Made by a program: the position numbers and the translations under genes. A stretch of 64,000 nt of DNA from Eledone cirrhosa. Its lineage: Eukaryota. The notes beneath the pieces are model-generated. The model saw only the letters and a program-made list of their open reading frames with translations. It ran no database searches and was not told where the DNA came from. Below are positions 17,335-33,520 of this stretch, piece after piece. Positions within the stretch are counted from its first letter, which is position 1; each line of letters begins with the position of its first letter. The stretch is from NCBI GenBank assembly GCA_964016885.1, contig OZ024750.1:1488001-1552000 (forward strand). The letters run 5' to 3'.

Positions 17335-18411
17335 TCTATGTTAAAATTGTATGTCAACAATAGCATTATTTCATAATATCATGTATTTTCTCTATTTTAT
17401 TAATAAGTTAAAGAAGGACAAAGCAGTGAGACATGACAAAAACTAAACGGATGATAGGAGAAATTTCTTAACGCAGAGGAAAGGTATTTTTAGATAGGAG
17501 AAAACTTGCGACAAATCGTTCTCTGCTAAAGTCATATAAGGCTCAGGTGGTGAGAATATTTTAATAATTTCAAACAATAGATTGTGGTCAGGCTTTGGCA
17601 TCACCTCCTTTAGTCGATCATATCGACCACATTACATATATTTTATGTGTGGCAGTTATTTCATCGAATACTCTCGACCTCCATAAAATAGAGGACAAAA
17701 AGGAAATGTAAACATAACCAAAGACAGAAATAAACACACATACAAAAAGACACAGACACTTCACTCACACACACACCCACACCCACATAGATCGATATAG
17801 ATATATAGATATACGGAAGCGTTTTGCAGTTTTCAGCTACCAAATTTCTCTCACAAGGAATTGGTCAAACTTAGTCGTTAGTAGAATATACTAACCTAAG
17901 GTAAGACGAGAACTCTTTAAGCACACACCTAAACTTGGCTTTGCCTATATAATTCATATATATATATATAGAGATGTTCCACAGAATACATTAGTTCTTA
18001 AAGACAATCTTTAACATCAATTTCTTTCAACGTAAAACAAACTAAAATGCGTCTCTTATTTCAATTTCTTTAAAAAAATTTACTTAAGCAAAGAATTTGC
18101 CTTAAGGTTTAAAATGAAACAGGAACAAGATGAATTATTTGTTTGATATTATGAACAATGAAATAAGTGGGTTATGAAGGCATTGTTTATGCAACTCTGA
18201 CATTGTAATCAAAAGTTAGTTTTTATATTCATACTGATACCAGTTTCCTGAAATATCCGCAGCACATAAATGTATGATTATAATCTGTTCACTTTCTATA
18301 ATACATTTACATTGACAATGTACTTATATGTTCGAAATATTTATTTCATCTTGTGCTGGCTTGATATATCTACCTACTTTATCTTCACTGTCTATTGTGA
18401 TAATCCATTAT

Positions 18412-18636
18412 GATTTCTGATTTAGGCACAAGGCCAACAATATTTTTTGTTTGGGGAGGGGGGGGGTCAATTAAATCGACCCCAGTACATAATCGATACT
18501 TTATTTATCGAACCCATAAGGATGAAAGGCAAAGCTAACCTCGGTGGGATTTGAACTCAGAACGTAAAGAACCGCAACTCAATGCCGCAATGCATGCTGT
18601 CCGACGCTCTTACCGATATTGTCAATGCACCGCTCT
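18412..18636 (-). mobile_element. SINE S1 long subfamily, full length
   Basis: Homology to S1. TSD TTGTGAT(A/T)ATCCATTAT at 18395-18411 and 18639-18655. Confidence 0.88.
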
Positions 18637-21139
18637 TTTTGTGATTATCCATTATAAAAGATTAAATAACGAACTAGAATTACGTATTTAAGGCTACATT
18701 ATTCCTTATTTACCTTTATTATTGAACATGGCTACTGCTTTACTCCCCCAGAGAAGAAGAAGCAGCACAGTTATGAAAGCTAGAAAGAAAGGTCCTCCCG
18801 ATAACACTGATGATATGAATTGAGGCAATGTTTAATAAATGGTTCTACTAGTGAATAGATTTTCTGAATATCCTCTTATTGAGACTATATTAAATAAGAA
18901 CTAGCGGCGCACCTATACATTGTCCGGAACATTCTAACAAGTTTTTGATAATTACTCGTACGAATGATATCGACTTAGAACGGGGGTTGATTGGTTAAAT
19001 CAGATCCTAATAAATATTCAAGAGAAAGGTATAAGCTTAAATTATTGAAATGTGGATATTGGATTAATCTTGAGATCACATTTAAAACTGCAATATAATC
19101 TTTAATGGCTTTCTAAATATGCTTAAAGCCTCGGGGTTTTCTGATTGAAAATTTACGACGGGGCTCCATGGTAACGGTATTAATTAATTCTCACATGATC
19201 CGAATAACAAATGTACATTCGATTTTAGGATATTATATAATCATGTACAGTGATTTATATATTTTCTAATTATAGAAAAGACAAAATAAAAAAGACGTTT
19301 CCTTAGATAAAAATCCTAAAATGGGGAAAATTGTTTTCACCAATTATTGAGACCAACTATCGAAGAAACCTCTTCACCTTCTCTCAACCTGCTGGAAATT
19401 GCAGAAACATTTCTTTCACATTATCCTTGTCTTAAAATATGTTTGCTAAATTCAGCAATTTAGATATTGATAAAAATATATTAGAAACGAGTGCAGAATA
19501 ATCACAGAAACAAATATAGACCTAACCAGATGGAAATGTTTAGTTAAACATCAAGCTTGGAATCCAATTAAAAGTGCATGAAACGGCTAACGAAGTATAG
19601 ACTAAGGAGGTATATACTCCAAATATATTCACATATATATATAAACAGATAATAAGATACTTCAAACACATTATTTTAAATAGAAATTGTCAGCATTATC
19701 TCCCGTCTCGCATTCATAGCCCTGAACAAGCATAGAAATGATCAAACGAATATACTACAGATTAAAACAAACAGCCGATCTAAATATACTGCAATACAAT
19801 ACGAATGTCATAGAAACTTGCACATAGCACCAAGCTATTAAAACATGGTATTACAATCACTATCATGATTGAAAGAAAAAGTACTAGCTCAATAAAAGGC
19901 AGCTCAGATTGCAAATTACACATCAGTGAGTGATGAGCTACCACTCGATCGGAAACACAGCACAACACAACACAAAAGGCAAGCAGTAAAATTGTCAGGC
20001 AAGAACTTGTAACTAATTAAAACAATAAACGTAGACATGCTACAATCAATTTCAAGATTACGACTAGGTTATATATTACAATAACACTCTACAAACGGAC
20101 ACTGTAAAGGGAATATTCTAAGGTCACTATACATATTGGTATAAAACAATGATACACAACCCTTTAGAAAGGACTTAACAGTTTTAAAGTAAACTATAAA
20201 CCTAATACAACCTATCCACATATCTTACTAGGTAAAATATATAGAACTCCTCTTTGACGGCCTCTTTATATCGAGGAACCACAAACGTATCACAAAAAGT
20301 TCCCTAACTGTTCGAACCATTTACATGCAATAAATACAATAGCTTTGTCACTAAACGGACAAACGCCCTTTAACAACCTGACATCTACAACATTCTGTAA
20401 TAGTGGAAAGAACCGAACTTATCCAGAGGTCAGCACATCATAATAGAGAATTAAATACTGTTTACCAGAATGTGCCAGGTAATCCTCAAGATGTCAGTGT
20501 CATGGCATGTGTTGGTCACAGTTGTTTGTTCAAAGGTCCGTTTAATGACATTTGGCATGGAGTTAACCACCAATACCACACAATTACCATAACCACCACA
20601 GTTAACATCACCACAAACAACAATAACAACAACCATTTAATCAACTAGCCAATGTACTATTTTATGTTAATCCATGTTACAGATAAATCATGTTTTCTTT
20701 ATAATATTGTTTTTCAAACAAAGTAATTTTTCTTTTCACTTTCAAGTGTTTTTTAATCTTTATGAAAATGAATTTTACTTTAATTCAATTGTTTTTATAA
20801 ATAATTATCTACATTCTAAGATTGCAATTAAGCATTCATTCGTGTTTAGGTTTCCGTCTTTCTAAAACAATTGCATTCTTGTTTTTTGTCATTTAGTTGA
20901 TAGTAATTACATTTTATGATTTAGTAATTTACATCTACAGACGTTACCTAAGACGCCTAAAGCTTGATATATTTCTTAGATTCAAAGGTTTATGGGATGG
21001 TCATTCCATTGATTAAGTATTTCTTCATCACCAAAGATTTATTTGAATTCCACTTTCTTTTGTCTTAAGTAGTTTACATTTAGTTTGGAAGTAATTCTGA
21101 CTTCTTATAACTTATAGCTAATGGGAAAATAATCATAGC

Positions 21140-21270
21140 GATGTGGAGAAAATTGTTTTACCAAAATACATGGAAGAAATGGGAGTTCCTTTAGGCGACG
21201 ATCTTCAGAAAGCTAGACTACGTGCTGTAAAGACTGCTGAAGTTTTGAAGAAAATACTGTTAATGATGTT
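21140..21270 (+). pseudogene. Possible R4/Dong-type LINE C-terminal remnant
   Basis: LPKYMEEMGVP..LQKA..KTAEVLKKIL resembles the QKAxLLGTAxILRKVL end of restriction-like-endonuclease LINEs. Confidence 0.4.
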
Positions 21271-23308
21271 GGTACAATAGTTAATTCAAAGCGATATAAA
21301 GTGCAATAAGAAAAAAGTGAAGAAGCCACTGTTTATGTGTTTAATCATCGTAGAAATAATGGAAATGAGAAGTGTGTTTAAATGCCAACCATTTCTACTT
21401 TTATAGTACTTAAATACGTACATTCACTTGTTCAGACGTGACATGCTTGAAGAAAGAACGATGAAAAGACAATAAAAGTTCACATGAGACATTCAACACA
21501 GCTATTTGTTATTAATATCCTTTTGTTTCAAAGATGCTGGGAGCAGTATGGAATCATATCAGTCTCCCTGCGTTTATTTATATTTCTACCAAAATATACA
21601 TTTTACATACGTGCGCACGTTTGAGTGAATATCTTTATCATTAATTGTACTTGCGTCTATATGTATACTTATAGCCCTGTGTGCATGCATACATCCAATG
21701 AATGTATTCATGTTTATGTTAATATCTAATAGTATCTGTACAGTGAGAATATTTTCACTGTTTTTATTATAGTTGAATATTTTGATAAGATTTAATAAGG
21801 TTTCCTATATATTCTCTTATAGTGATTTCTTATTTTGCCAAAATGCCACATATTATATGGGCAGACATTACCAACTGTATCGACACCAGTACGTATCTGG
21901 TACTTATTCGCTCAACTTTGGAGAATGAAATGTACATTTTCTGGGCTCTGGAAGGGTTCCTAATATAGTCATTCTGATACTGCTTGCAATTTAATGTATG
22001 CTAACTACCCCTCACAGTGTATCATTTCGTACGTGGTAGACCGACCACAGTACAAAAGTTACTCAGTAATTTCAATTTGGCATAATGCGGCAGTCTTGGC
22101 ATATGTGAGGCAGTTTTGTTTTTACATTTTCTACTGACTAGGATGAAGCTGTTGATAAAATTGTGTTCCATTTGGCTTTTATTTATTTTCGTTTATGCTA
22201 ATGCCAGGATAAAATTCCATAATATTTTGTCGAGTGGTCGACATATTTCCCATTAGTTTATCACAGCATTTCATTTTTAGAAATATTCTTAGAGTATTTA
22301 GCTTGATTTATATGTGTTTCTGTCTTATTCAGTATTTGATACTTACTGGCTATTTTGGTTATTTCGATGTTATCTTAGTGTTTATCAAATACTTTATGTC
22401 AACGCACGTATTCATTTTTTCTCTAAAACTACAATGACACATTGCTGTGTATGAGCAATCGATATCAAAATTATTGAGATAATTATTGCTGAGCAACGTA
22501 GAGGTTACTGTTAAAATTGTTTCATATAGTTCATTCCATCTTTCATAATTAAAAAAAAAAAAATCTTTCAATTTTATTTTCGAAACATTAACACAAAATG
22601 TACAGAGAAATAGTTTATTTAATTTTTGTCTTCACTGATTTAATTATTTCATCACTTATAACATTTCTTTCTCTGTCGATTCACTCTTGAGAATGCCTTG
22701 ACATTTAATCATTTTTCTTACATTGTCAAGTATCTGTCCCCAGACGTGAAATGTTATCTTCTTACAGAAAAGACGCTTTATTCATTGTTCTTTTGGTGAT
22801 GATGGTAATGATGATGATGTTCATGATGATTATGTTGAAGATCAGGATGATAATGGTGATGACGTATCTTATATAATATTGAGAATTATCACAAAAAAAA
22901 AGAGAAATAGATAAACAAAATGCATTTCAAGTGTCTACGAGTGTTTCTCTGTAACTCAATGTAAAACAGAACATAGTAGCACCATTTCCATCAATGCGGC
23001 ATGCCATTTATTTTCATCCAGCCATTTCATCTTAAGATTTTTATAACAAAATGAAAATATGGCCAAAGGGAAAATACGTTGAAATATCATAGAAAGAGAT
23101 TGTCGTGTAATGATCAGTTTTGAAAACACTTCTGTTACCGACATTCGTTCTGAAAAAATGTGTTGTTGTTTACATAGAAGCAACTCTCGCTATACTACTC
23201 ACGTCAATCACCTGATATGAAGAATGAACACGTTTAATCGTTATGCCTCATTCTCTCTCTCATTTCTTCTGCAATATTTACCGTTCATTGAAATACTGGA
23301 GATTTTAA

Positions 23309-23339
<31 letters not shown>

Positions 23340-23355
23340 TGATACCCAGATTCCT

Positions 23356-25225
<1,870 letters not shown>

Positions 25226-25227
<2 letters not shown>

Positions 25228-25275
25228 TTCTATCCTACGCCATTTTGTTTCAACAAAATGGCGTAGGATAGAAGA
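25226..25275. repeat. Perfect 24-bp hairpin
   Basis: TCTTCTATCCTACGCCATTTTGTT-tc-AACAAAATGGCGTAGGATAGAAGA. Confidence 0.95.
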
Positions 25276-25309
25276 AAGGAAAGGCACAGAAACGAAGAAA
25301 GAAATCCCC

Positions 25310-25354
25310 AGTCACTGAAGAGGTCACAGAGTGTGTGACGAAAGAACTATGACT
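25310..25354 (+). ncRNA. Minimal type I hammerhead ribozyme (family Y)
   Basis: AGTCA-CTGAAGA-G-GTCACA-gagtg-TGTGAC-GAAA-GAAC-TA-TGACT: perfect 5-bp stem I, 6-bp stem II, 2-bp stem III, CUA site. Confidence 0.8.
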
Positions 25355-25514
25355 ATATATATATAAACAACTATCTGGTTGTGGAACCAACCAACCAACC
25401 AGAAATTTATAAATTTGTAAATTTATAAATATATAATAAATTAAATTGAAGTGAAAGCAACTGGTGCGTGTGTTTCTTATTGGCAACATGACCCTCCCAA
25501 AGTATAACAATATG

Positions 25515-25623
<109 letters not shown>

Positions 25624-25638
25624 ATATATATATATGTA

Positions 25639-25677
<39 letters not shown>

Positions 25678-27952
25678 GCACGCTCATACACACACACACA
25701 CACACACATATATATAAATATATATATACACCACTTTTTCTCCAAGATCCCATCATTGAGGATCTCAAAGCATACAAATTATATTCGTTCTCTCAATCCA
25801 CACCGACATTACTGTGGTATATCAATTGCTATTCTGGATTACCTGCACCGGTGCGTATTATTACATTACTGTATTTCTTAATAACAAATCGACTCCGTGA
25901 CTATTCTTATTTTATTTCTCATGTGTAAACACATCGCATACATAATGGCTTTCTGTGTAGCTCGCATGAAAGTAATACTCATTTATCTTCATATTGCACT
26001 ACATTCTCACTGCTATGTAAACCTTCTGAAACTTTCTTTGATCATGTAAGATATGAAAACCGTAAACCTAAGATCCGCACGGATATATAGAAACAGGTCT
26101 CTAAATGATAGATCGCTTCTCCCTTCACACTACTCAGATTACTTGCGACCAAATCTGTTTGCTTCAATACCCTCAATAATGTTCTCTCTTTATTGTATCC
26201 TGGTTAATTGCAGGATTGCATTAACGAGATTTTTATCCCCATTATTTTAGTAAAAATGAACTTCAAGGATTGTTATATCTCCCTCACTCCATTTATAAAT
26301 GATCAACTTTGAGATACGTGTAGTAACAACTTCTATGAATTATCTCCCACAATTAGAACGAAATAATTATCTCACTCAGATGTAGACAGCTAGAACCGCC
26401 AGGTCGACATTGGATATTTCGAATAAAAGAATGTCAAAAGCATTACTTTGCCCAGCTTTGGAAGGCCTACATAAACTATGAACGCTGCTTCTCTAGTTCT
26501 GATTACTGAAAATAATTTAACTATCAGCCCATAGTTCATCTCAATAGGAAAATCATTTTGGTTTGATAATGGATTAGATATTATTCTTTATTAGTTTTCC
26601 ACCGATCTGTTATCGGTTTTATTAAATAATATACTATCATACAAATCTCTACTTCTGCCAATGATATGACCAGCTAGATACACAGAGGAATGAAAGTTAA
26701 ATAAATACCTTTGCCATAAATATATTGCAATAAGGGTACACAAGTTCCAGTCATCTGCAGCTCCTAGCCTACTAAACTTTGACAAATAGAATTGAGAGTT
26801 CGGTTACTTAAATTTTCGGTTTTCAATTTCAGTTGAAGGATTAAGTCACTTCCGAAATTGAAAATATAGTATGTTTTCTATTGATGATATTCTAATAAAA
26901 TAGACCCCGGGTTCAAACCTAGATGTTGTTTATAGCTGCTTAGGGCTACCCTAGTATTCAACTAGCATTTATCGTATATTGACCGGATGAATAGAAAAGT
27001 AGAATTAGAGGAATTTTGATCTCGGAATCTAAAGGGACGCCCCTAAATACCACTTAGCCTTCCGTCTGTTATTCGGGTTTTGTGAATTTGAAGTCCTTAT
27101 ATCAGAATATATATTTAAAATCGAAATATGCCATACTTTACCATCTACTTGTAGTTAAAATACGAATAAAAAGGTTCAATCTTATTCTCATTTCTTCAAA
27201 TTTACTAAACTGAAATATTATTTTCGTGATATGATTTTCAGCTCTACTTAAAATACTACCAATGTGATCCGTTCACTATTCTCTAAAGTAGAATTAGATT
27301 TTGAAACTCACTTCCGCAGGAAAGAGATTCTTTATCCCTGTAGCTGGATATGATCGGGCCTTGATTAGCAGCCTATCCCCTCTTGGAAATATTTTCAAAT
27401 TACAATAGTTATTCTCGTTTAAAAAAAGAATTCTATGGGAATTTTAATCTTTTGATATCCGTTTACATTTTTTGTTAGAATCAAGCTTAATTTTAGACAT
27501 GTAATTATTTGGTGTTGAAAGCCTTAGAAACAAATCGATATTTAATATTCTATCGTTCTTTGTCAATGAATTTCTAGAATCCCATATTTTAATATAAATA
27601 AGCCAACATTTTCTATTGTCATCAAATTGCTTGCAGAAATTATATTGCAATAGGAATCAATTTCATTGACTGCGTCAATAATTCTCTTGTGAAATTCGAG
27701 GACGTTGTGTATTCCTATTTTCATTCCGTTTTAACTATGTCTATTTAAAAAAAATTCGGTATTTATGTTAGTACGACAACAAAGGTTTGCTTATATCATC
27801 AATGAAATATTTAGAACCTAGCACTTTTATCAGATGTCATTTATATTTCTGCAGTTGCAGAATATTTTTTCACGGTTAATTTTATTTCCTAGAATCTATT
27901 AACTTCAAGTTTAAATATATGCGGGTTTACAGCCATGTATTACGTGTGTACA

Positions 27953-27990
27953 ATACGTATAATCCTACTCTATAGTAGGATTATACGTAT
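27953..27990. repeat. Perfect 17-bp hairpin
   Basis: ATACGTATAATCCTACT-ctat-AGTAGGATTATACGTAT. Confidence 0.9.
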
Positions 27991-28157
27991 GGTGTTCTAT
28001 TTGGAAGGGAGTAGTCAGTTATTGAGTAATGTCATGAAATGTTCTTATATGAAATATTGTTCTTCACGCACGTAAAGTTTCGACTGTGTTTCTACGAGTT
28101 TTTTCTTAGCTGGGCTCTCACATTTCATTCTTCTCGTGGATAAAAGAATTCATATGA

Positions 28158-28310
28158 AACAACCGGAAATTCATAATAAATTGAAGTGAAAACCAACAGA
28201 TGCGTGTGTTGTTATTGGCAGCATGACCCTCCCAAAGTATAACAATATCTGTTTCAAAACACGTTTTCAGATAAGAAATCTTGCAAAACAAATTCAAAAA
28301 CGAAATATAC
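28158..28310 (+). mobile_element. Family Y 3' region ending in CA/TA microsatellite
   Basis: AATTGAAGTGAAA..TTATTGGCAGCATGACCCTCCCAAAGTATAACAATAT is shared with 25400-25512. The downstream extension is shared with 49461-49548. Confidence 0.75.
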
Positions 28311-28316
28311 ACACAC

Positions 28317-28371
<55 letters not shown>

Positions 28372-28387
28372 TAAAATAACAGATTAA

Positions 28388-28438
28388 AGTTTAAGCAAAG
28401 AATCGCTGCTTTCACCCTTAACGGGATCTTCTGAAACT
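28388..28438 (-). ncRNA. Hammerhead ribozyme with U4A core mutation
   Basis: Minus strand: AGTTT-CAGAAGA-tCCCgttaaGGGt-GAAA-GCA..TGC-TT-AAACT, then AATAAA and (TA)n. Confidence 0.55.
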
Positions 28439-28529
28439 AACAAAGTCAATCTGTAAACGCAGAACTGGATATTTCAAAAAACGTTGCAACCGGAGGAAGA
28501 CAGAAAGACGATACTTTGGTTCGTGGAAA

Positions 28530-28790
28530 CGTTCGCTGGCTAAGAACGGGAAAAAACGAATCTAATACGTCATTAATAGGAGCGGTGAAAAACAATTACG
28601 CGCAAAGACAAAACCACGTTTATGGTATAATAGAGGTCGTAGACTAATGTTCTCTTAGGTGGTGCATAGAGACGTTCTCTGGCGATGAACGAAAAAAACG
28701 AAGATAATACGTCATATGTGGAGCGTGGAGAACAATAGCACCCAAAGACAAAACCACGTAAATGGTATAGCAGAAGTGGTAGACTAAATT
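28530..28790. repeat. Diverged ~140-bp tandem duplication
   Basis: AAAAAACGAA..TAATACGTCAT..CAAAGACAAAACCACGT..TGGTATA..GTAGACTAA occurs twice. Confidence 0.8.
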
Positions 28791-30614
28791 CTAACTAGGA
28801 GACCGAATGAATCTCCGCTACGGAGTTAAGAACAAAGTAAATAAATACAATACAGAAGTAATAGAAATAAATAAATACATACACGCAAACAGAAACGTAC
28901 ATACACAAGCATACGCAAAATCTTACCATAGGTAAACAAAACCACGCACATATAAATATGTGTGTGTGTGTAAGCGTGTATACAAATAAATAAATAATTA
29001 TATAAACGTATATAAATAAATAAATACGTATATAACAAGCGCACACTCATACCTACATGTAAATACACGAATGTTCGGAAACGTAAGTCAACCAAAACAT
29101 ATATATATATATAATGTGTGTGTGTAGAGTGTATTCAGGTATATGTTTATAAATACACTTATATTAAATGTAATTTCTTGTTCATTTATTATGTTTTCAT
29201 GCAATGGTCAAAAATAGAGACTTTCGAAATTGGAAGCTTTCCAATAAGAAATTCATGAATTTAACAAATCCAAGAAAATCGTTTGTGAAATTTTAAAATT
29301 AAACGTTGAAATCGCAAGAATGATTTGTATTGCTTGAGAAGGCTTTCTACTTAAATATTTAAATTGAAAAATAAATTAAACAGGAGAAATACAAATAAGG
29401 TATGTGGGTTGTAATTACTTAGTCATTTCATTAAATGATAAGAGTTATTAACTGGCCAAATATCACGCGACATGTTATCTAATGAAAGGGAAAAGTATCG
29501 ATCTCTACACAGTGGGTCAATATTTGAATATAACTACAGAAAACACAAATGTCTAGAATTATTTGTACTAGCAGAAAAAACACCCTTTTTGTGGTTTTCT
29601 GCTAGCATAAATATGATACATCAAATAAAATCGTAATTGACCATATACATTGAAGTTGAACGAAGACTGCGTTACACTGTCTTATGTAATCAGTAACGTA
29701 ATCTATGATACATTAAAAAAAGACGATATTATATATAAACAGCATTAGGAGAAAATTAGTGACAGAAATATATGAATGTTTATTTAAGCGATCGCTAACC
29801 GGAAGTGTTGACATTTGAACATTTTATAGAAATGAACCTTAAAATAAGCAACAAAATTATTGATATTTAATCAAGAATAACGAAAGTTAGTAGATAAATT
29901 ATGTAATATTCATTAATTATTTATTCAAAGTAATCCAACTTATTTTACAAACGGGTAACAAAAAATATTATGGACGCAGTCCCGCACTCCTTACTTTATT
30001 ATAGTTTAGGTTTATTATTATCTATATATGTGAAACATATCTGTGTTGCATATCATACGTTTTACGTTTGATTCACAACTCACACCGTATATATGTTGAA
30101 TAGAGCTCAGCCAAATACTTAATATTCAAATAACAGATTATTTGGGACAGGATAATGTTTAGTTAATAGTAAAATTCATTACAAAAATCAATAATGAAAT
30201 AAATAAACAACAGAGTATATAATTCATAAGTATCTATTTTGTATATTTGAGAATACTGGGAATATTATCCTCCACATATTTCAATGTGTCATAACAATCA
30301 GAAATAATTGTTAAATTGTTGACGCGAGGCGCTCTGTGTTCGCTACTAGAAAAGGTTAGTATATCATCAATTTTCGATATCGAAGTGTCTGGAAAATAGC
30401 AATATTTTTGTCAGAGAATAAAAAAATTATTTGAAAAGCTTACATTGACATGAAGACCAATGTTAAATTAATTTACAACAATTAGAAGATAATAGAAATA
30501 GAAATACGTATCGATAAAAATATAGATTTTATATAGGCAAAACTTTGTGGAGACGTTAGAGCGTTGACTATCAGATTTCACAATATTTATTTCGACTCGC
30601 AAACCACACCTCAT

Positions 30615-30972
30615 TAGATCTGCTAACCTTGAAAAACACAGAGGGGGAGTACCATGAAAGAAATGAGGCAAAATGGGGAGATTTTATATAATTGTTTCTA
30701 CTTTTGGCACAAGGCCAGCAATTAAATCAGTGTATTACTGGTACTTTATTTTATCGACCCTGTAAGGATGAAAGGCAAAGTTAACCTCGGCGGCATTTGA
30801 ACTCAGATCATAAAGGGAGGTAACTCTATGCTTCAAAGCATGGCATCCGACCGGGGAGATTTTATATAATGAAAGCTATACACATTTTCACAAATGATGA
30901 CATCTATCACCCCCCCCCCCCCCCAAGTGGGTGGGAGATCTCCCCGTTGGACGGAGAAAGTTGACAGGTCTG
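30615..30972. mobile_element. MITE (17184 family) containing a nested 5'-truncated SINE S1 (30693-30852, minus)
   Basis: The MITE is flanked by CCTCAT on both sides. The SINE is flanked by the 18-bp TSD GGGGAGATTTTATATAAT (30675-30692, 30853-30870). Confidence 0.88.
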
Positions 30973-31189
30973 CCTCATGTAAACTATAACTAAAACCTAA
31001 AACTGAATATAGCTATGACCAAAGAATTTGAAAACATGACAATCTCAACTTTCCATCAGGCATTGCTTATCGTGGAGTATATTATTGCCATCTATGTATT
31101 TCTTATGAAGAACTTTGTATGGTGAACATTTAAATCAATTTTCAGTAATTCAAATTTAAATCTAATATATATCACAATATTGTAATTCT

Positions 31190-31325
31190 ACTGATGGCCA
31201 ACGATTGGGGGGAGGGGACAGTTCATTGGTACTTTATTTTATCGATCTCGTAATGAGAAAAAGCAGAGTTGATCTCGGCGAGATTTCAACTCAGAATCTA
31301 AAGGAGCGCACAAAATACAGCAAAG
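31190..31325 (-). mobile_element. Old SINE S1 remnant
   Basis: GGTACTTTATTTTATCGA...CTCGGCGAGATTTCAACTCAGA. Confidence 0.7.
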
Positions 31326-33379
31326 AATTACAGCAAAGAAGGTATTAATGATAATAAGTAGTATTTTTTTTATTAGTTAGGACGACAGTTTGGTAAAATC
31401 AATCACACTTATCACTTACTGTTGAGTACATATTAAAACGATTCACTTTAGCAATAAATAATTAAGGACGTAATGTCTAGAGATTGCCAATGATATCACT
31501 TTAGGAAGAAATACATGTATACGCTCTTCTCTTTTAAGTTGAAATAAATACAAAATTCTTGCATCAGTCGACATTATAAATTTTCTCATACTTTGTTGTC
31601 CTCGAGTTTCGTTTCATCTGAGATAGATGTCATACTCGATTACAATGTGAATGTTAAGGAGAGAAAATAAAATGTAAAAGAGACAACGAGACGGGAAGAT
31701 AAAAGAACATGTGTAAACAACTTATTTAAAAAAGCAAACGATAGTTTTTTTTTTATTCTTTCTCAATATCTTCGTATATGTGTTCATTCTTTATTTTAAG
31801 TGATAAAATGTGTTAGATAGGTTGTTTGGTTTTAATGATATTTCACAAAAGCAAGCATATATTATTATATATTATGACTTTTATGAGAGCGTGGATAGAA
31901 AGTTCTTATACGAAATTTTCTGCTACGAATACATTCTCTCGGGTATTTTAAACTAGCTGGCCAGATTTTGAATTGTTGATGAGATATTTAGAAGAAACCA
32001 ACTCTTTCACATGTTTATATTCAGACGCACAAAAGGAAGTCTTTCTAACATATATTGGGAGTATAAATATGAAAATATGATTATATTTTAAATTCCATCG
32101 ATCCTAGCTGTACCTGAACAGTGACATCTTTACCAAAGGGATTCGATTTTCGGTAGAAGTTGAATGATACGATACAAGACTAAAATGGTTCTAATGAATG
32201 CATGGAGTTTATATTTTTCTCCTGAGAAGAAAACTAATATTAAATAAAATTGATTGAGAATGTTGGCTGAAACAGCAGATTTGAGACACGGTATAACATC
32301 TTTACTTTGAAAACCACTCATGATATTTTCACCTATATTTAAATTGATTCGATAAAATTAATGCATGCATGATATTGCAATTAAAACTATTGGTTGTAGT
32401 AAAATCAGTTGCGAAAACACTTTGTGCACAATGAAAGCGAATTATCGTTAAGTGATCCATAAATTCAGTTGGAAAATGAATGCGTTAAGGAATTAAAAAA
32501 AGAGTTTTATTTGAAGTCTCATATAAGTAGGTGTATTGCTAAAATTTCGTGTTTTTTTTAATGGTTTACAATTGCAGGTGTCAGGTGATGTCTGTACTGA
32601 ATTGAAAATTAAATGTGGTCATGCTGTTCAAGCATTCGATAATAAAATATTCCTTTACTCTTCGTGACATAGAAAGGAAGTTGTCAGAAGAAAAACGAAA
32701 TAATTGATAATGAATTCTCTTTCCAGCTAGAAGAATGTATCTTAGACCTTTGATGGTTTTGCAAATTGTGCATTTTTTCTCAATAAAAAAGGGATAATAT
32801 CAATTTGAAAATACAGAAAATAAAACATAAAAAGCAACAAGTAAATAGAAGCATAAAATATGAACATTAAATATCGCTTAACTTGTTTTTGTGGAACACC
32901 GTTTTCGTCTATCCAAATTAACAATTACTGGCGTTAATCCTATTGTCGAACTTGGAGTTGTATTGGTAGACTCGCCAAAGCATCAGACAAAATACTTTCT
33001 GGTATTAGTTTCCATCTTTTACTTTCAAAGTTCAAATATTGTCGAGGTCACATCTTTCATCCTTCCCAATAAAGAATTAACACGAGAATGTGTTTTATTA
33101 TAGATGCGATATTTAGTGTATCCGTTATTATAAACTCTCTCAAATCAGATTCTCTTCATGAAATTTGATCTCAGCTGGTTTCGCTTGGGGATGCAGCCAA
33201 ATGAATTGGAGACGGTTGCTTCTAAGAAAAATGTGCTTGAGGCGTCTGCCTCACGACCCTCACAAGAAGGAGGAGGAAAGAAGACGAAGGAGAAGAAGAA
33301 TTCTAGTTCTAAATTGGTTAACTTTTCCTCATATTTGAATGTCACATTAAATATAAACAACATTATTATGTTGCTTTTC

Positions 33380-33520
33380 AGCATAGAGTTACTGCCCTTG
33401 CCATTCTGAGTTCAAATCCCGCCGAGCTTAACTTTGCCTTTCATCGTTACGGGGTCGATAAAATAAAGTACCAGTAATGTACTGGATAATTGCTGGCCTT
33501 GTGGCAAAAAGTAGAAACAA
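33380..33520 (+). mobile_element. SINE S1, 5'-truncated, 18-bp TSD
   Basis: TSD ATTATTATGTTGCTTTTC at 33362-33379 and 33520-33537. Confidence 0.9.

Noticed and set aside
18800-18840. CTGATGA motif
   Set aside because: No downstream GAAA or helices.
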